Positions 10,362 through 19,229 of a DNA stretch of 64,000 bases are shown here, piece after piece; the stretch's first letter is position 1, and each line of letters opens with the position of its first letter. Made by a program: the position numbers and the translations under genes. The stretch is from Neobacillus sp. PS3-12 (GTDB lineage: Bacteria > Bacillota > Bacilli > Bacillales > Cytobacillaceae). Below the pieces are notes generated by a model that saw nothing but the letters and a program-made list of their open reading frames with translations, was not told the DNA's origin and ran no database searches. Where the stretch lies: contig NZ_CP133268.1 of the NCBI RefSeq assembly GCF_030915385.1, positions 2,097,430 to 2,161,429 on the forward strand, in the 5' to 3' direction.

Positions 10362-10874
10362 TTAATATCCTCCTTTATTTTTCAAAAGCTCGCCTGTTTG
10401 AGGCTGCTCATTAAATTGCTTCGTTTTAAACCCTTTTCCATGCGGTACAAATCGATGGCAGGACGTACAATCGTCCTTGGCATTATGCGACACATTGGTC
10501 AATGTACTCTTGTGACAGGAAATGCAGTTTTCATTGATGACTTCTTTTGTCCGGTCACTAGCATGGATCACATTTGGAATTTTGCTTGTCGCAAATGTGT
10601 TGTAATATACATGCGTCATCCCAGCTCTGCCTTTAAAAAATAAATGTCTCACAATGTTGTCGTTGGGCAGATGGCAATTATTACACGACAATTCGGAGTG
10701 AGTGGAAGCCGTAAATGTTTGATACTCGGATTCCATGTTATGGCAGGTTTTGCAAAAACCAGGCGAATCTGTGTACTCCATCGTTTTTACGGCCAGTAAG
10801 GATAGAAAAATTCCCGCTATCACGCCGATGAGAACGATTACTTTTTTATTCATTTTGAAGAATTGTTTCACCAT
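10362..10874 (-). CDS. nrfH: NrfH tetrahaem cytochrome c (NapC/NirT family) quinol dehydrogenase
   Basis: N-terminal TM helix plus four CxxCH motifs (CKTCH, CNNCH, CISCH, CTSCH); GGAGGTG RBS before ATG 10874. Confidence 0.85.
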   Translation of the reverse strand: MVKQFFKMNKKVIVLIGVIAGIFLSLLAVKTMEYTDSPGFCKTCHNMESEYQTFTASTHSELSCNNCHLPNDNIVRHLFFKGRAGMTHVYYNTFATSKIPNVIHASDRTKEVINENCISCHKSTLTNVSHNAKDDCTSCHRFVPHGKGFKTKQFNEQPQTGELLKNKGGY

Positions 10875-10926
10875 TTTCACCTCCTGTAAAAAACTTCCCA
10901 TTTTATGTATTAAAGTACTTGGTACT

Positions 10927-11727
10927 CTAATTCCTAGTTCTTTTTCTTATCAAAATGATAATGGTGCCAGCTGCCAACAGGCTTACTGCGCTGATCGATG
11001 CAATCATTGGATAAGAATTCTTTTTAGGTGTACTCGTGCTTTTTTCATTGATGAGTTCCATTAACGGCTTTGAATCGTTTCGGTTATAGGAAAGGGTAAA
11101 ACTTTTTTCATCCCCTGCTTTTACATTTTGGAAAAAGTAGGTGGAAGTGTTGGCATCCTCATCATGACTTGTTTCCTTTGGAGCTGGAGTCAACTTTAGG
11201 TTCATTGCTTTATATGGCTGGGTAATTGTCATACTGAGCAACCCGGTATCAGCGAAACTTTTAAAATGATAATCTAGGAGTCTTTTGTTCTCTGATACTT
11301 TTAAGCTGTCAGTGTAGTACTCAATCGTAAATTTATAGCGACCCTGCGGCTTTATTTTTTCGCTGGTTGTCCAGGAAATCGTTCCTTTGGCGCTGTCGAC
11401 GGTATATTCGATTTCATGTGTTTTTGACAAATCGCTAGAGTAATCAGCCACGTACCCGATTCGGAAGTTTTTTTCATTCATGGGAAGCGGAATTTCAATT
11501 CTTCCTTGGGTTGAATGATCGAGCGTATTAACAAGTGTGCCCTGGTAACCAATCAATAACGGCGGATGTGTCTTCTTATGATCTAATGGATGGAAAGCAA
11601 ATTCCGGCAATATTTTAATCGAGAGTTCTTCCATTATTAGTGGATTTTTGGATGTTTCGGCCAAGCTAACGGATGGCAATAAAAGCAAGCTGATTATGCT
11701 GATGAGTGTCAGAAATAGTTTTTTCAT
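10927..11727 (-). CDS. exported protein with signal peptide and C-terminal TM anchor; first gene of the nrf operon
   Basis: signal peptide 'LLLPSVSLAE'; C-terminal hydrophobic segment followed by RKRTRN; function unknown. Confidence 0.5.
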   Translation of the reverse strand: MKKLFLTLISIISLLLLPSVSLAETSKNPLIMEELSIKILPEFAFHPLDHKKTHPPLLIGYQGTLVNTLDHSTQGRIEIPLPMNEKNFRIGYVADYSSDLSKTHEIEYTVDSAKGTISWTTSEKIKPQGRYKFTIEYYTDSLKVSENKRLLDYHFKSFADTGLLSMTITQPYKAMNLKLTPAPKETSHDEDANTSTYFFQNVKAGDEKSFTLSYNRNDSKPLMELINEKSTSTPKKNSYPMIASISAVSLLAAGTIIILIRKRTRN

Positions 11728-11841
11728 CTTTGCTTCCTTTCAGGATTTTATTGGAATTGAAATTGGAATTGGAAGTGAATAAACTGCATTACCATAGTGT
11801 GAAAATGTATTTTATGGTGTAAAAAGGAAATTCTGCATCTT

Positions 11842-11886
11842 TATTTTAAAAGCTGGTAAAACCCTAAGTATGTGACAGCCATCACA
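11842..11886 (-). promoter_or_regulatory. Fnr/Crp box TGTGACAGCCATCACA (11871-11886) with a TAAAAT -10 about 32 bp downstream; class-II-type promoter for the nrf operon
   Basis: perfect TGTGA-N6-TCACA palindrome about 145 bp upstream of the first nrf-operon ORF. Confidence 0.6.
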
Positions 11887-11887
11887 A

Positions 11888-11919
11888 AAAAGGCAGGGAC
11901 GATTTCCCTGCCTTTTTTG
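11888..11919 (-). terminator. rho-independent terminator (aggcagggaNNNNNtccctgcct followed by a T-run) after the lipoprotein gene
   Basis: GC stem plus T-run. Confidence 0.55.
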
Positions 11920-11981
11920 TCATGTTATTCATGTCATAATCTCCTAATTAACATCGCAGCATGCCAAGGCACCGAAAACGG

Positions 11982-12284
11982 TCATTGTCTTCCATTTTTA
12001 AAGAATATCAAAGGCTTAATGTGATCTCTGCTATGTACTAAATTTTCTTTTATATATGTAATGGCGTCATTATTGGTGATCGAGGAACAGTTATTTACCG
12101 TTATCTCCACCCCCCTCCCTCCTCGTTTATTCGAGGATAATTTACAGCCAATCTTCTCTAAGTTCGTTCCAATATCACTTTGAGTATAGTTATTCACCAT
12201 TTTTGCATCCTGACTGACCGCATTCATTCCACAGCCCGCCAATAATCCGACGGCTGATAGGATAATTCCAAAAACCTTTTTCAT
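11982..12284 (-). CDS. hypothetical lipoprotein
   Basis: 'LLAGCG' lipobox; GGAG RBS 11 nt before ATG 12284. Confidence 0.55.
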   Translation of the reverse strand: MKKVFGIILSAVGLLAGCGMNAVSQDAKMVNNYTQSDIGTNLEKIGCKLSSNKRGGRGVEITVNNCSSITNNDAITYIKENLVHSRDHIKPLIFFKNGRQ

Positions 12285-12589
12285 TCTGCTCACATCTCCA
12301 GTTAGTATTTTGGTAAGACATTTTTACTATTTTTTTCTGAAGTTTATACTTTATTCACTGTGAGTGGAGAAACATTATATATGACATAAAGCTGGCTTAA
12401 TTCTTCCTGTTCTCTGAAAAAGTGGATGAGCAAGGCAAATAAAGTTTTTCTTGCTCTGAAATGGGTTTCATACATTATTCTAATTTTAAAGACAGAGAAT
12501 AATTTTGGTTGGCGTGACGCAAATGGCAGCGTAACAACCTTTTATTGAGTATTCCTTGGGGAGCGCTTCTTTTTTGCATTTTAAACGTA

Positions 12590-12632
12590 AAAAGCCCCGC
12601 AGGCGATGGGGGATTTAGCCTGCGGGGCTTTG
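12590..12632. terminator. bidirectional stem-loop terminator (aaagccccgcaggc ... gcctgcggggcttt)
   Basis: 14-bp GC-rich stem flanked by A/T runs. Confidence 0.65.
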
Positions 12633-12633
12633 A

Positions 12634-12750
12634 TTAATCAATATCCTGCATTTCACTTAACAATTCAGAAATTTGATAGTGAATTGCGATATAATCGACA
12701 TACTCGTATGGGTTTTCTGTTTCAACTTCAACATCTAGAATGGCTTCCAT
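12634..12750 (-). CDS. 38-aa acidic small protein (MEAILDVEVETENPYEYVDYIAIHYQISELLSEMQDID), coupled downstream of DoxX paralog 1
   Basis: AAGAGG RBS in the 33-nt gap after the DoxX stop; a near-identical ORF follows DoxX paralog 3. Confidence 0.5.
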   Translation of the reverse strand: MEAILDVEVETENPYEYVDYIAIHYQISELLSEMQDID

Positions 12751-12783
12751 AGCATTCTACCTCTTTTATAATGAATTTTTGCA

Positions 12784-13305
12784 TTACGCACTATGTTTAA
12801 CGGAATTGATAGGATCATTTCCTTTAGCGCCAAATTTATGAACAAATGGGATCACCCAGCGGTCTAAACCGATGCGGCCTGCATTGAAACCAGCAGCAAG
12901 AATGATTACACCAAGTAAAATATCTAATGGGTTGCTAGAAACTACTCCAGCAAACACATAAGAGAAGTTCATGACTAGTCCAAAAAATGCAGCAGCTGTT
13001 GTTAAGCATCCAAGGATTAAACCTACACCAACTAAAAACTCACCATAAGGAACAAGGACGTTAAAAAGGTGTGCATTTGGGATAGCAAAGTGTTTTAAGA
13101 AACTAACATATGTTGGATATTCAACTGCTTTTGTTGGACTTAGAACTGGATGCGCAGCAACTCCTGTTAAAAATCCAGTTACATCAAATTTACCGCCTGA
13201 TATTTTTTCAAAGCCCGCCAACATGAATTCATATCCAACATAAAGTCGAATGACGGTAAGAATGTAAGATGCAATTTTGTTTTCTCTTAAAAATTTGTTA
13301 AACAT
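12784..13305 (-). CDS. DoxX family membrane protein, paralog 1
   Basis: 'IRLYVGYEFMLAGFEKI' DoxX motif; 4 TM segments; AGGAG RBS before ATG 13305. Confidence 0.8.
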   Translation of the reverse strand: MFNKFLRENKIASYILTVIRLYVGYEFMLAGFEKISGGKFDVTGFLTGVAAHPVLSPTKAVEYPTYVSFLKHFAIPNAHLFNVLVPYGEFLVGVGLILGCLTTAAAFFGLVMNFSYVFAGVVSSNPLDILLGVIILAAGFNAGRIGLDRWVIPFVHKFGAKGNDPINSVKHSA

Positions 13306-13412
13306 ATAAAAGACTCCTTTCAAAAGTCAGTAAATATTATTAATGATTACACCGTTATTATAGAACTTTCGGTTGGCATTTTGTTCCGTTCCTAGGACTA
13401 TTCACATAGTAT

Positions 13413-13455
13413 TCAAAAAGAATTGAACAAATATTGACAATGATTCTCGATTAGA
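13413..13455. promoter_or_regulatory. conserved about 43-bp upstream element of the DoxX paralogs (TTCAAAAAGAATTGAACAAATATTGACAATGATTCTCGATTAG), copy 1
   Basis: same element at the same spacing (about 95-150 bp upstream of the start) at all three DoxX genes. Confidence 0.5.
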
Positions 13456-13649
13456 TAGATTAGATAGATTAGATAGGTCGACAGACGCTGGGAATTACTA
13501 GGGAAATTGACTCTTTTCATTATGATTAGTTTTGCTAAGCTTAGAGCCATGGAAGAAAATATAATTATGAAAAGTAAATGGAAGATCGTAGGATATAGTT
13601 TTTTGGGATTTATTATGTGTCATTTCTCAATGCTTTTTAAGTTAATAAA

Positions 13650-13694
13650 CATACAAAAGGTACATCACTCTCTATGTGATGTACCTTTTGTATG
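13650..13694 (-). terminator. perfect 19-bp-arm palindrome (catacaaaaggtacatcac tctctat gtgatgtaccttttgtatg); likely terminator of the small-protein pair
   Basis: inverted repeat read directly in the sequence. Confidence 0.5.
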
Positions 13695-13784
13695 CCATAT
13701 ATCCGTGAATTTTGGTATTATATCCTCACGTTTCCTCGATATCCGCAAGTTTCGGTATTATATCCGTATCTCGCCTAAAGCATT

Positions 13785-14033
13785 TCATAGAAAAAAATTC
13801 TTCGGATACATTAATTGATCCCAATGGCCAAGTTGATTGGACGATGGGTCGTTACCATCAGCTGCTAAAATATCGATTTTTTCAAGTAACATTCCCGTTA
13901 CTATTCTCTTTTGAGTTAGCAATCCTACAAATTTTTCAATATCTTTAGTGGTACCTAATGCAGTGACAGTTTCCAATGCCTCTGCTAAAGCTTGTTCCAA
14001 GCTTGTAAAGGCGTCACGTAATGAATCTGCCAT
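13785..14033 (-). CDS. small acidic alpha-helical protein, paralog A
   Basis: AGGTGAT RBS; similar to the adjacent paralog B. Confidence 0.5.
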   Translation of the reverse strand: MADSLRDAFTSLEQALAEALETVTALGTTKDIEKFVGLLTQKRIVTGMLLEKIDILAADGNDPSSNQLGHWDQLMYPKNFFL

Positions 14034-14077
14034 ATTCCTATCACCTTCTAATGATATGGATTCCAAGTAAGACTAGA

Positions 14078-14335
14078 CTATTTGGGTTGGGGATTGTTGG
14101 CCAATTCCGCTGCTTGAATAATGTCTTGAAGGATAATATCAATTGCGAGTTCTTTTCTAATGGATAATGCAACTAATTTAATTAAATTGTCCGTGAAGGT
14201 TTCCAATTGTTCGGCCTTGAAATTTCCTTTACTAAGGATTCTAGTTTGAACAGTTATTGCATCTGCTAATGCATTTTCTATGTGGGCAACGGAGGAAAGA
14301 ACTTCAAGAATTGTTTCTCGAGAAGATGGAGACAT
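14078..14335 (-). CDS. small acidic alpha-helical protein, paralog B
   Basis: GGTGAT RBS; 85 aa. Confidence 0.5.
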   Translation of the reverse strand: MSPSSRETILEVLSSVAHIENALADAITVQTRILSKGNFKAEQLETFTDNLIKLVALSIRKELAIDIILQDIIQAAELANNPQPK

Positions 14336-14644
14336 TCAATATCACCTTTATTTTAGACTTGTATTCTAATGTATGTACGCTCTTTACAAGTGGTGTATAT
14401 CCCCTTTTATACTCGAGGAACGTTTAAAAAGTTGTCGCAGCAACATCGACAAACTTCTTCCTATATATGTGTAAAAAAGATTGTATTCTAAAGGATAAAT
14501 AAAAATTCAATCAATCGATTGATTAAAATTGAAATAGTCGAATGGGGTCATAAGAATACCTTGTGAAACGGCGCAAAAGAACTTTTCCTTAAGCACGGGC
14601 AAAATAAAATACAAGTAGTTATTAGAGAATGGATGACGACCATG

Positions 14645-15001
14645 TTACGACTGCGTAATCGTTCCTTGATGGAAAAACATTTGCCATCTTCCGTCAATAA
14701 ATTTCCAAATGGAACTTCGTAAGGTATTCTGCATGCTTGTTTCGTCTTTTATGTGATATGTCGCCAATACCGCCTCTTCTGATAAAGGATATATTTCAAA
14801 ATCAGAAAGGCTCATTTTCCTTACACTAAGTCCTCCGCCAACACAATCTTTCTTATACCAAACTCTCCCTGAACTACCGAATTCAAAGAAGTCGTCTGCA
14901 AGTAACTTGTCTAACTCAGCCGGCGTTGTTCTAGTATTAGGCTCCAACAATTGCTGCTCTAATTCAAGTAAATGCTTTTTTAACACAGACAAATTTTCCA
15001 T
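14645..15001 (-). CDS. DUF4440/SnoaL-like (NTF2-fold) protein
   Basis: sequence pattern; RBS before ATG 15001. Confidence 0.55.
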   Translation of the reverse strand: MENLSVLKKHLLELEQQLLEPNTRTTPAELDKLLADDFFEFGSSGRVWYKKDCVGGGLSVRKMSLSDFEIYPLSEEAVLATYHIKDETSMQNTLRSSIWKFIDGRWQMFFHQGTITQS

Positions 15002-15118
15002 TTTAATCATCCTTTTTATGTTAATTATTGCATTAATAATGGAAGGCTGGAAGATGTACCGTTGACACCAGACCGAAAAAACTAACGATGTGTTAAATAT
15101 AGAGCTGAGAGAGTTACA

Positions 15119-15292
15119 CGCCGCTATGATGCTGCTTCTCTAACTTTTTTCATGAGATCGGGCATCATACAGATGCTATGGTGCCGTTTCTCACGCCTTT
15201 TTCATAAGATCCGACATCATACGGTCGCTATGGTGCCACTTCTCCCCCCTTTTTAGGAGATCCAGCATCATACGAAGTCTCCCCATATATAT
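15119..15292. repeat. tandem about 52-bp repeats, family R1 (atgagatccgacatcatacagccactatggtgccacttctcc), about 3 copies
   Basis: direct repetition; same family at 24588-24812 and 35836-35882. Confidence 0.7.
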
Positions 15293-15332
15293 AAAAAAAG
15301 AAGCGTGATGTACACACGCTTCGGCAAAAAAC

Positions 15333-16667
15333 TTACTTCACAACGTTGAACGTTGTGCTTGCATTGCTTGAATTGTAGTTTGCTAATGTAGTAGTTGCGG
15401 ACACAGTAAATGTTCCACGCAAATTTTTGGCGATGAAGTAACTATAAGTATAATTACCATTTACATCAGTTTTACCGGTAACCGATGTAACGCTGCCTCT
15501 TGGATTTTTCACGGTCAATGCTACCGTTGCCCCGCTTAATGGGTTACCGTTAGAATCTTTAACAGTCGTGGTTAATTTGGCAGTATTGCCGCTATTATAT
15601 TGGCTGCTGCCAGCTGTCACAGTGGTCACGGTTTGGGCAGTAGTTTTCGTTGTTGCTGATAGATTCACCACACTGCTTTGTCCCTGATCATTTACTGCGG
15701 TCAGAGTGTAAGAATAAGTAGTATTCTCTGAGAGTCCTGTATCTGTAAAGGTTGTTGCTGTGCCTGTATATACGATATTTCCATTACGCTGCAGCTGATA
15801 AGAAGTCGCATTAGCGGATGCGCTCCAGCTTAATTGGATCGAATTAGCCGTTGAATTAGCAGTAAAGTTACTTGGTGCAGCTGGCACAGTAGGTGCAGGA
15901 GCAGTCAGGTAACCCCTTAATGCATCGATGGATGTTGGACCATAATCTAAATCTACCGCTCCCGTTACTCCTGGGACTGACCCTTGGTCACTGTACTGCC
16001 AGGCTGTCCATTGGGTCCAGCCGCCAACTGCTGGTGGCTGCGTATTGCCATAGCGTGTCCATGCGGCGATCCAAACGGGAATATCTGAAAGCTGACCACC
16101 AAAATCGTTGTACTGCTCGACAAACCAATCACCTGTATAGATCATTACCTGACGATTCGTCAGTGACTTTACCGTATCGACAAAAACTCTTCCCCAGCTG
16201 GCTATTTCATCGGAAGTTAACGTACCAGTTGAAGCGGGTTCCTCTAAATCAAGAACAGGCATAATATCCCCAAAATCGCCCATTCCTGCATTCTGCATGA
16301 CATTGACAAAATTCTGTGCTTCGGCTATTGCTTGGTCAGAGCTATAGGGTGCAGTCGGATTTGCATAGTGGTATGCACCAATAGGAAGTCCCGCTGCCCT
16401 TGCTCCCTGAACATTCGTAGCAAACATAGGGTCGGTAATGGTTGTCCCTTGGGAAGCCTTTGCATAGGCGAAGGCTATACCGGAGTTTTTAACCTGATTC
16501 CAGTCAATGGTTCCTTGCCAATGCGATACATCGATTCCATTTATATTGGCGCTTGTCGCTGGCTGCATTAATCCTGTTGCGCCAGCTACCGAATGACTCG
16601 TTAAGAAAATGCTAAACAGAAGAACTACTGAAAAAAACGGACGAATCAACTTTGCTGCATGTTTCAA
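15333..16667 (-). CDS. secreted GH25 muramidase (lysozyme) with FN3 and Ig-like (Big) C-terminal domains
   Basis: 'GIDVSHWQGTIDWNQV...' GH25 core; signal peptide after the TTG 16667 start preceded by a GGGAGAGAGG RBS. Confidence 0.85.
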   Translation of the reverse strand: MKHAAKLIRPFFSVVLLFSIFLTSHSVAGATGLMQPATSANINGIDVSHWQGTIDWNQVKNSGIAFAYAKASQGTTITDPMFATNVQGARAAGLPIGAYHYANPTAPYSSDQAIAEAQNFVNVMQNAGMGDFGDIMPVLDLEEPASTGTLTSDEIASWGRVFVDTVKSLTNRQVMIYTGDWFVEQYNDFGGQLSDIPVWIAAWTRYGNTQPPAVGGWTQWTAWQYSDQGSVPGVTGAVDLDYGPTSIDALRGYLTAPAPTVPAAPSNFTANSTANSIQLSWSASANATSYQLQRNGNIVYTGTATTFTDTGLSENTTYSYTLTAVNDQGQSSVVNLSATTKTTAQTVTTVTAGSSQYNSGNTAKLTTTVKDSNGNPLSGATVALTVKNPRGSVTSVTGKTDVNGNYTYSYFIAKNLRGTFTVSATTTLANYNSSNASTTFNVVK

Positions 16668-16926
16668 AAAAATCCTCTCTCCCTTTTTACGAAACTGAAA
16701 TACTAGCAATCCTTCTGTAATATACTAGTTATATTTCTATCATAATAAGGAATAACTTTGTTGTATACATGGAATTACTGGTAAAAATACACTATGAATC
16801 TTGCTTATATCGGAGCCTACGAAGTATTCAAGACTTGAGGTTCCCAATTTTAAATATCCTCTCTTTACTAATTTATAAGCCTCTACAAGATCAATCCTCC
16901 AACATACCATATTAGAAATCGAACGT

Positions 16927-17448
16927 TTGGAGGTGATTGCAATTTCTGATGTACATGAACATAAAATGGACCGAAATTTAAAAGAAACAATCATTGTTCC
17001 AGATCACGAAAAACGTGCGGAATCAGCAGAGTTTCGCCGATCTAAACATCGGTTAAAAGAGGATGGCCATTATAAATGCTGGGTGTGCGGAGGAACAGAG
17101 AATCTTCACGTCCACCATTTTGGCATTGAATGGTCATTAGCAACTATAGCAGATTGGGATAAAGTGAAATCATTTTGTGAGGAATGGGATCCATATGGGT
17201 ATGGTCGTTTGCTTCGCAATGTTCCGATGACATCACCGGATGATGTCCGAAATATGCTTGTGCTTTGTCAAGAACACCATACAGGGGTCGATCATGAAAA
17301 CAGCGGAAGCGGAACCGGGATTCACCAAATTACCTTTCCAGTATGGCTGATTCAAAAACTCGCAAAAACCGGGATTGATGCTGTTCCACAATCCGGCGAA
17401 ACACTTGAGCAGGCAGAACAAACAGTTAAAGAGCATGAAGCAAATTAA
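16927..17448 (+). CDS. HNH nuclease-motif protein (stand-alone)
   Basis: 'CWVCGGTENLHVHH' and 'LCQEHH' Zn/HNH motifs; start codon uncertain. Confidence 0.5.
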   Translation: MEVIAISDVHEHKMDRNLKETIIVPDHEKRAESAEFRRSKHRLKEDGHYKCWVCGGTENLHVHHFGIEWSLATIADWDKVKSFCEEWDPYGYGRLLRNVPMTSPDDVRNMLVLCQEHHTGVDHENSGSGTGIHQITFPVWLIQKLAKTGIDAVPQSGETLEQAEQTVKEHEAN

Positions 17449-17607
17449 TATAGAATTTTCACTATTGATAGATTAAAAATTAGAAAGCCAGTTAAACTAA
17501 TAAATTGATAATTTCTATAGAAAAAGGCCTGAATCCCTATATGGATTCAGGCCTTAAGCATTCCCCTGCCAGGCTAATATTGCCTGCAGGATTGTTGATT
17601 AATTTCC

Positions 17608-18123
17608 TTATGCACTGTGTTTAATAGATTTGACTTCTTCTTTTGCACCAAATTTATGAATGAATGGAATCACCCAGCGGTCTAGACCAATACGGCCTGC
17701 ATTGAAGCCAGCAGCAAGAATAATCACACCAAGTAAGATGTCTAATGGGTTACTAGAAACAACACCAGCCATTACATAACTGAAGTTCATTACTAAGCCA
17801 AAGAATGCTGCTGCAGTTGTTAAGCAGCCAAGGATTAAGCCAAGACCTACTAGGAATTCACCATAAGGAACAAGAACGTTGAACAGGTGTGCGTTTGGCA
17901 AGGCAAAGTGTTGTAAGAAAGAAACATATCCAGGGTATTCTACAGCTTTTGCAGGGCTTAGTACTGGATTATGAATGGCGCCTGCTAAGAACCCGCTGGC
18001 ATCAAACTTGCCGCCTGAAATTTTTTCAAAACCAGCCATCATGAATTCATATCCAAGATAAAGACGAATGACTGTAAGAATGTAAGAAGCAATTTTATTT
18101 TCTCTTAAAAATTTATTAAACAT
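17608..18123 (-). CDS. DoxX family membrane protein, paralog 2 (no downstream small ORF)
   Basis: about 85 percent identical to paralogs 1 and 3; terminator hairpin downstream. Confidence 0.8.
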   Translation of the reverse strand: MFNKFLRENKIASYILTVIRLYLGYEFMMAGFEKISGGKFDASGFLAGAIHNPVLSPAKAVEYPGYVSFLQHFALPNAHLFNVLVPYGEFLVGLGLILGCLTTAAAFFGLVMNFSYVMAGVVSSNPLDILLGVIILAAGFNAGRIGLDRWVIPFIHKFGAKEEVKSIKHSA

Positions 18124-18229
18124 ATATAAGACCCCTTTTCTTAAAAACATCATTAATAACTTGTTTACACTGTTATTATAGTTCGTTTTTCTTGAATTGG
18201 GAGTCGTTTGTTCATTATTTCACATATCA

Positions 18230-18272
18230 TTCAAAAAGAGTTGAAAAAATGTTGACAACGATTATCGATTAG
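18230..18272. promoter_or_regulatory. conserved DoxX upstream element, copy 2
   Basis: ttcaaaaagagttgaaaaaatgttgacaacgattatcgattag. Confidence 0.5.
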
Positions 18273-18353
18273 CCAGTTTCCAAAAGATCACACCAATCTA
18301 AAGGCTTTTGAAATGGATATGTTCCCTTCTGCAAGGTCCGTTTCGGATTTCGG

Positions 18354-18476
18354 GCACATAGAAAGGTTCTACGTTTCCTTCTGCAATGCTCTATTGAACT
18401 TTTGGTCACATAGAGCAGTTCTATGTGACTTCCTGCCTGATCCTATTCGGTTTTAGGTCACATAGAACAGTTAGGC
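18354..18476. repeat. tandem palindrome-containing repeats, family R2 (ggtcacatagaacagttctatgtgacttcctgc), about 3 copies
   Basis: direct repetition; same family at 34590-34712 and 62085-62125. Confidence 0.65.
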
Positions 18477-19055
18477 TTCTCTGGTATCCAGTTTCCTGAA
18501 CAATAGAAAATAAATAAGATATCCTAAAACAGCACCGACTGCATTACAAATCACATCATCAATATCAACCGAGCGCCAAAGAACGATTCCAGATAATAGT
18601 TCAAAAAGCTGAATGCATTCAATGCAAATAGACGAAAACAAACCAAGTAAGAACACATTTTTAAAACTAGTAAACTTTTTAAACAATAGTGGTGCGCAAA
18701 ATCCTAAAGGCATCAAGAGCAAAAGATTGCCGCCTATATTTTTTGCAATTAATTCAATCATAAATCCAACATCACCATCATAAGCAGTACCAATATGACT
18801 AAAGTACTTGTAGATGGTTACAAGCGGTATAAGATTTAAGGAACGATATTCATTTTGAATTGTAGGATTTTGTCCGATTATGATTGGAAATAAAGTTATA
18901 GCCACAACCAAACTTAAGTAAAGAACAAATAAAAATTTAATACCTTCCCACATCCAAGTGACTGGTTTCTTATCCCTCATCCTGGCTACGATCTGCCAAG
19001 CTAAATAAACAATGACCACAAAAACGATTAACATCCTTCCACTAAGAAGAAACAT
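18471..19055 (-). CDS. VanZ family membrane protein
   Basis: VanZ-like TM pattern 'RSLNLIPL'; GGTGAT RBS. Confidence 0.7.
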   Translation of the reverse strand: MFLLSGRMLIVFVVIVYLAWQIVARMRDKKPVTWMWEGIKFLFVLYLSLVVAITLFPIIIGQNPTIQNEYRSLNLIPLVTIYKYFSHIGTAYDGDVGFMIELIAKNIGGNLLLLMPLGFCAPLLFKKFTSFKNVFLLGLFSSICIECIQLFELLSGIVLWRSVDIDDVICNAVGAVLGYLIYFLLFRKLDTREA

Positions 19056-19229
19056 TGAATCACCGCACACATATCTGTTTGATTTTTAAAAATTACTTTT
19101 CATCCATATTAATCATTTTATTTTTACTTAACTCATTCATTCCTTTTTCAAAAAATAAAAGGACAAAGTAGTAAACTCTGTCCTCTTCAAACAAGCTTAA
19201 ATAGTAATGCAACAGGCTCGAACGACTAC

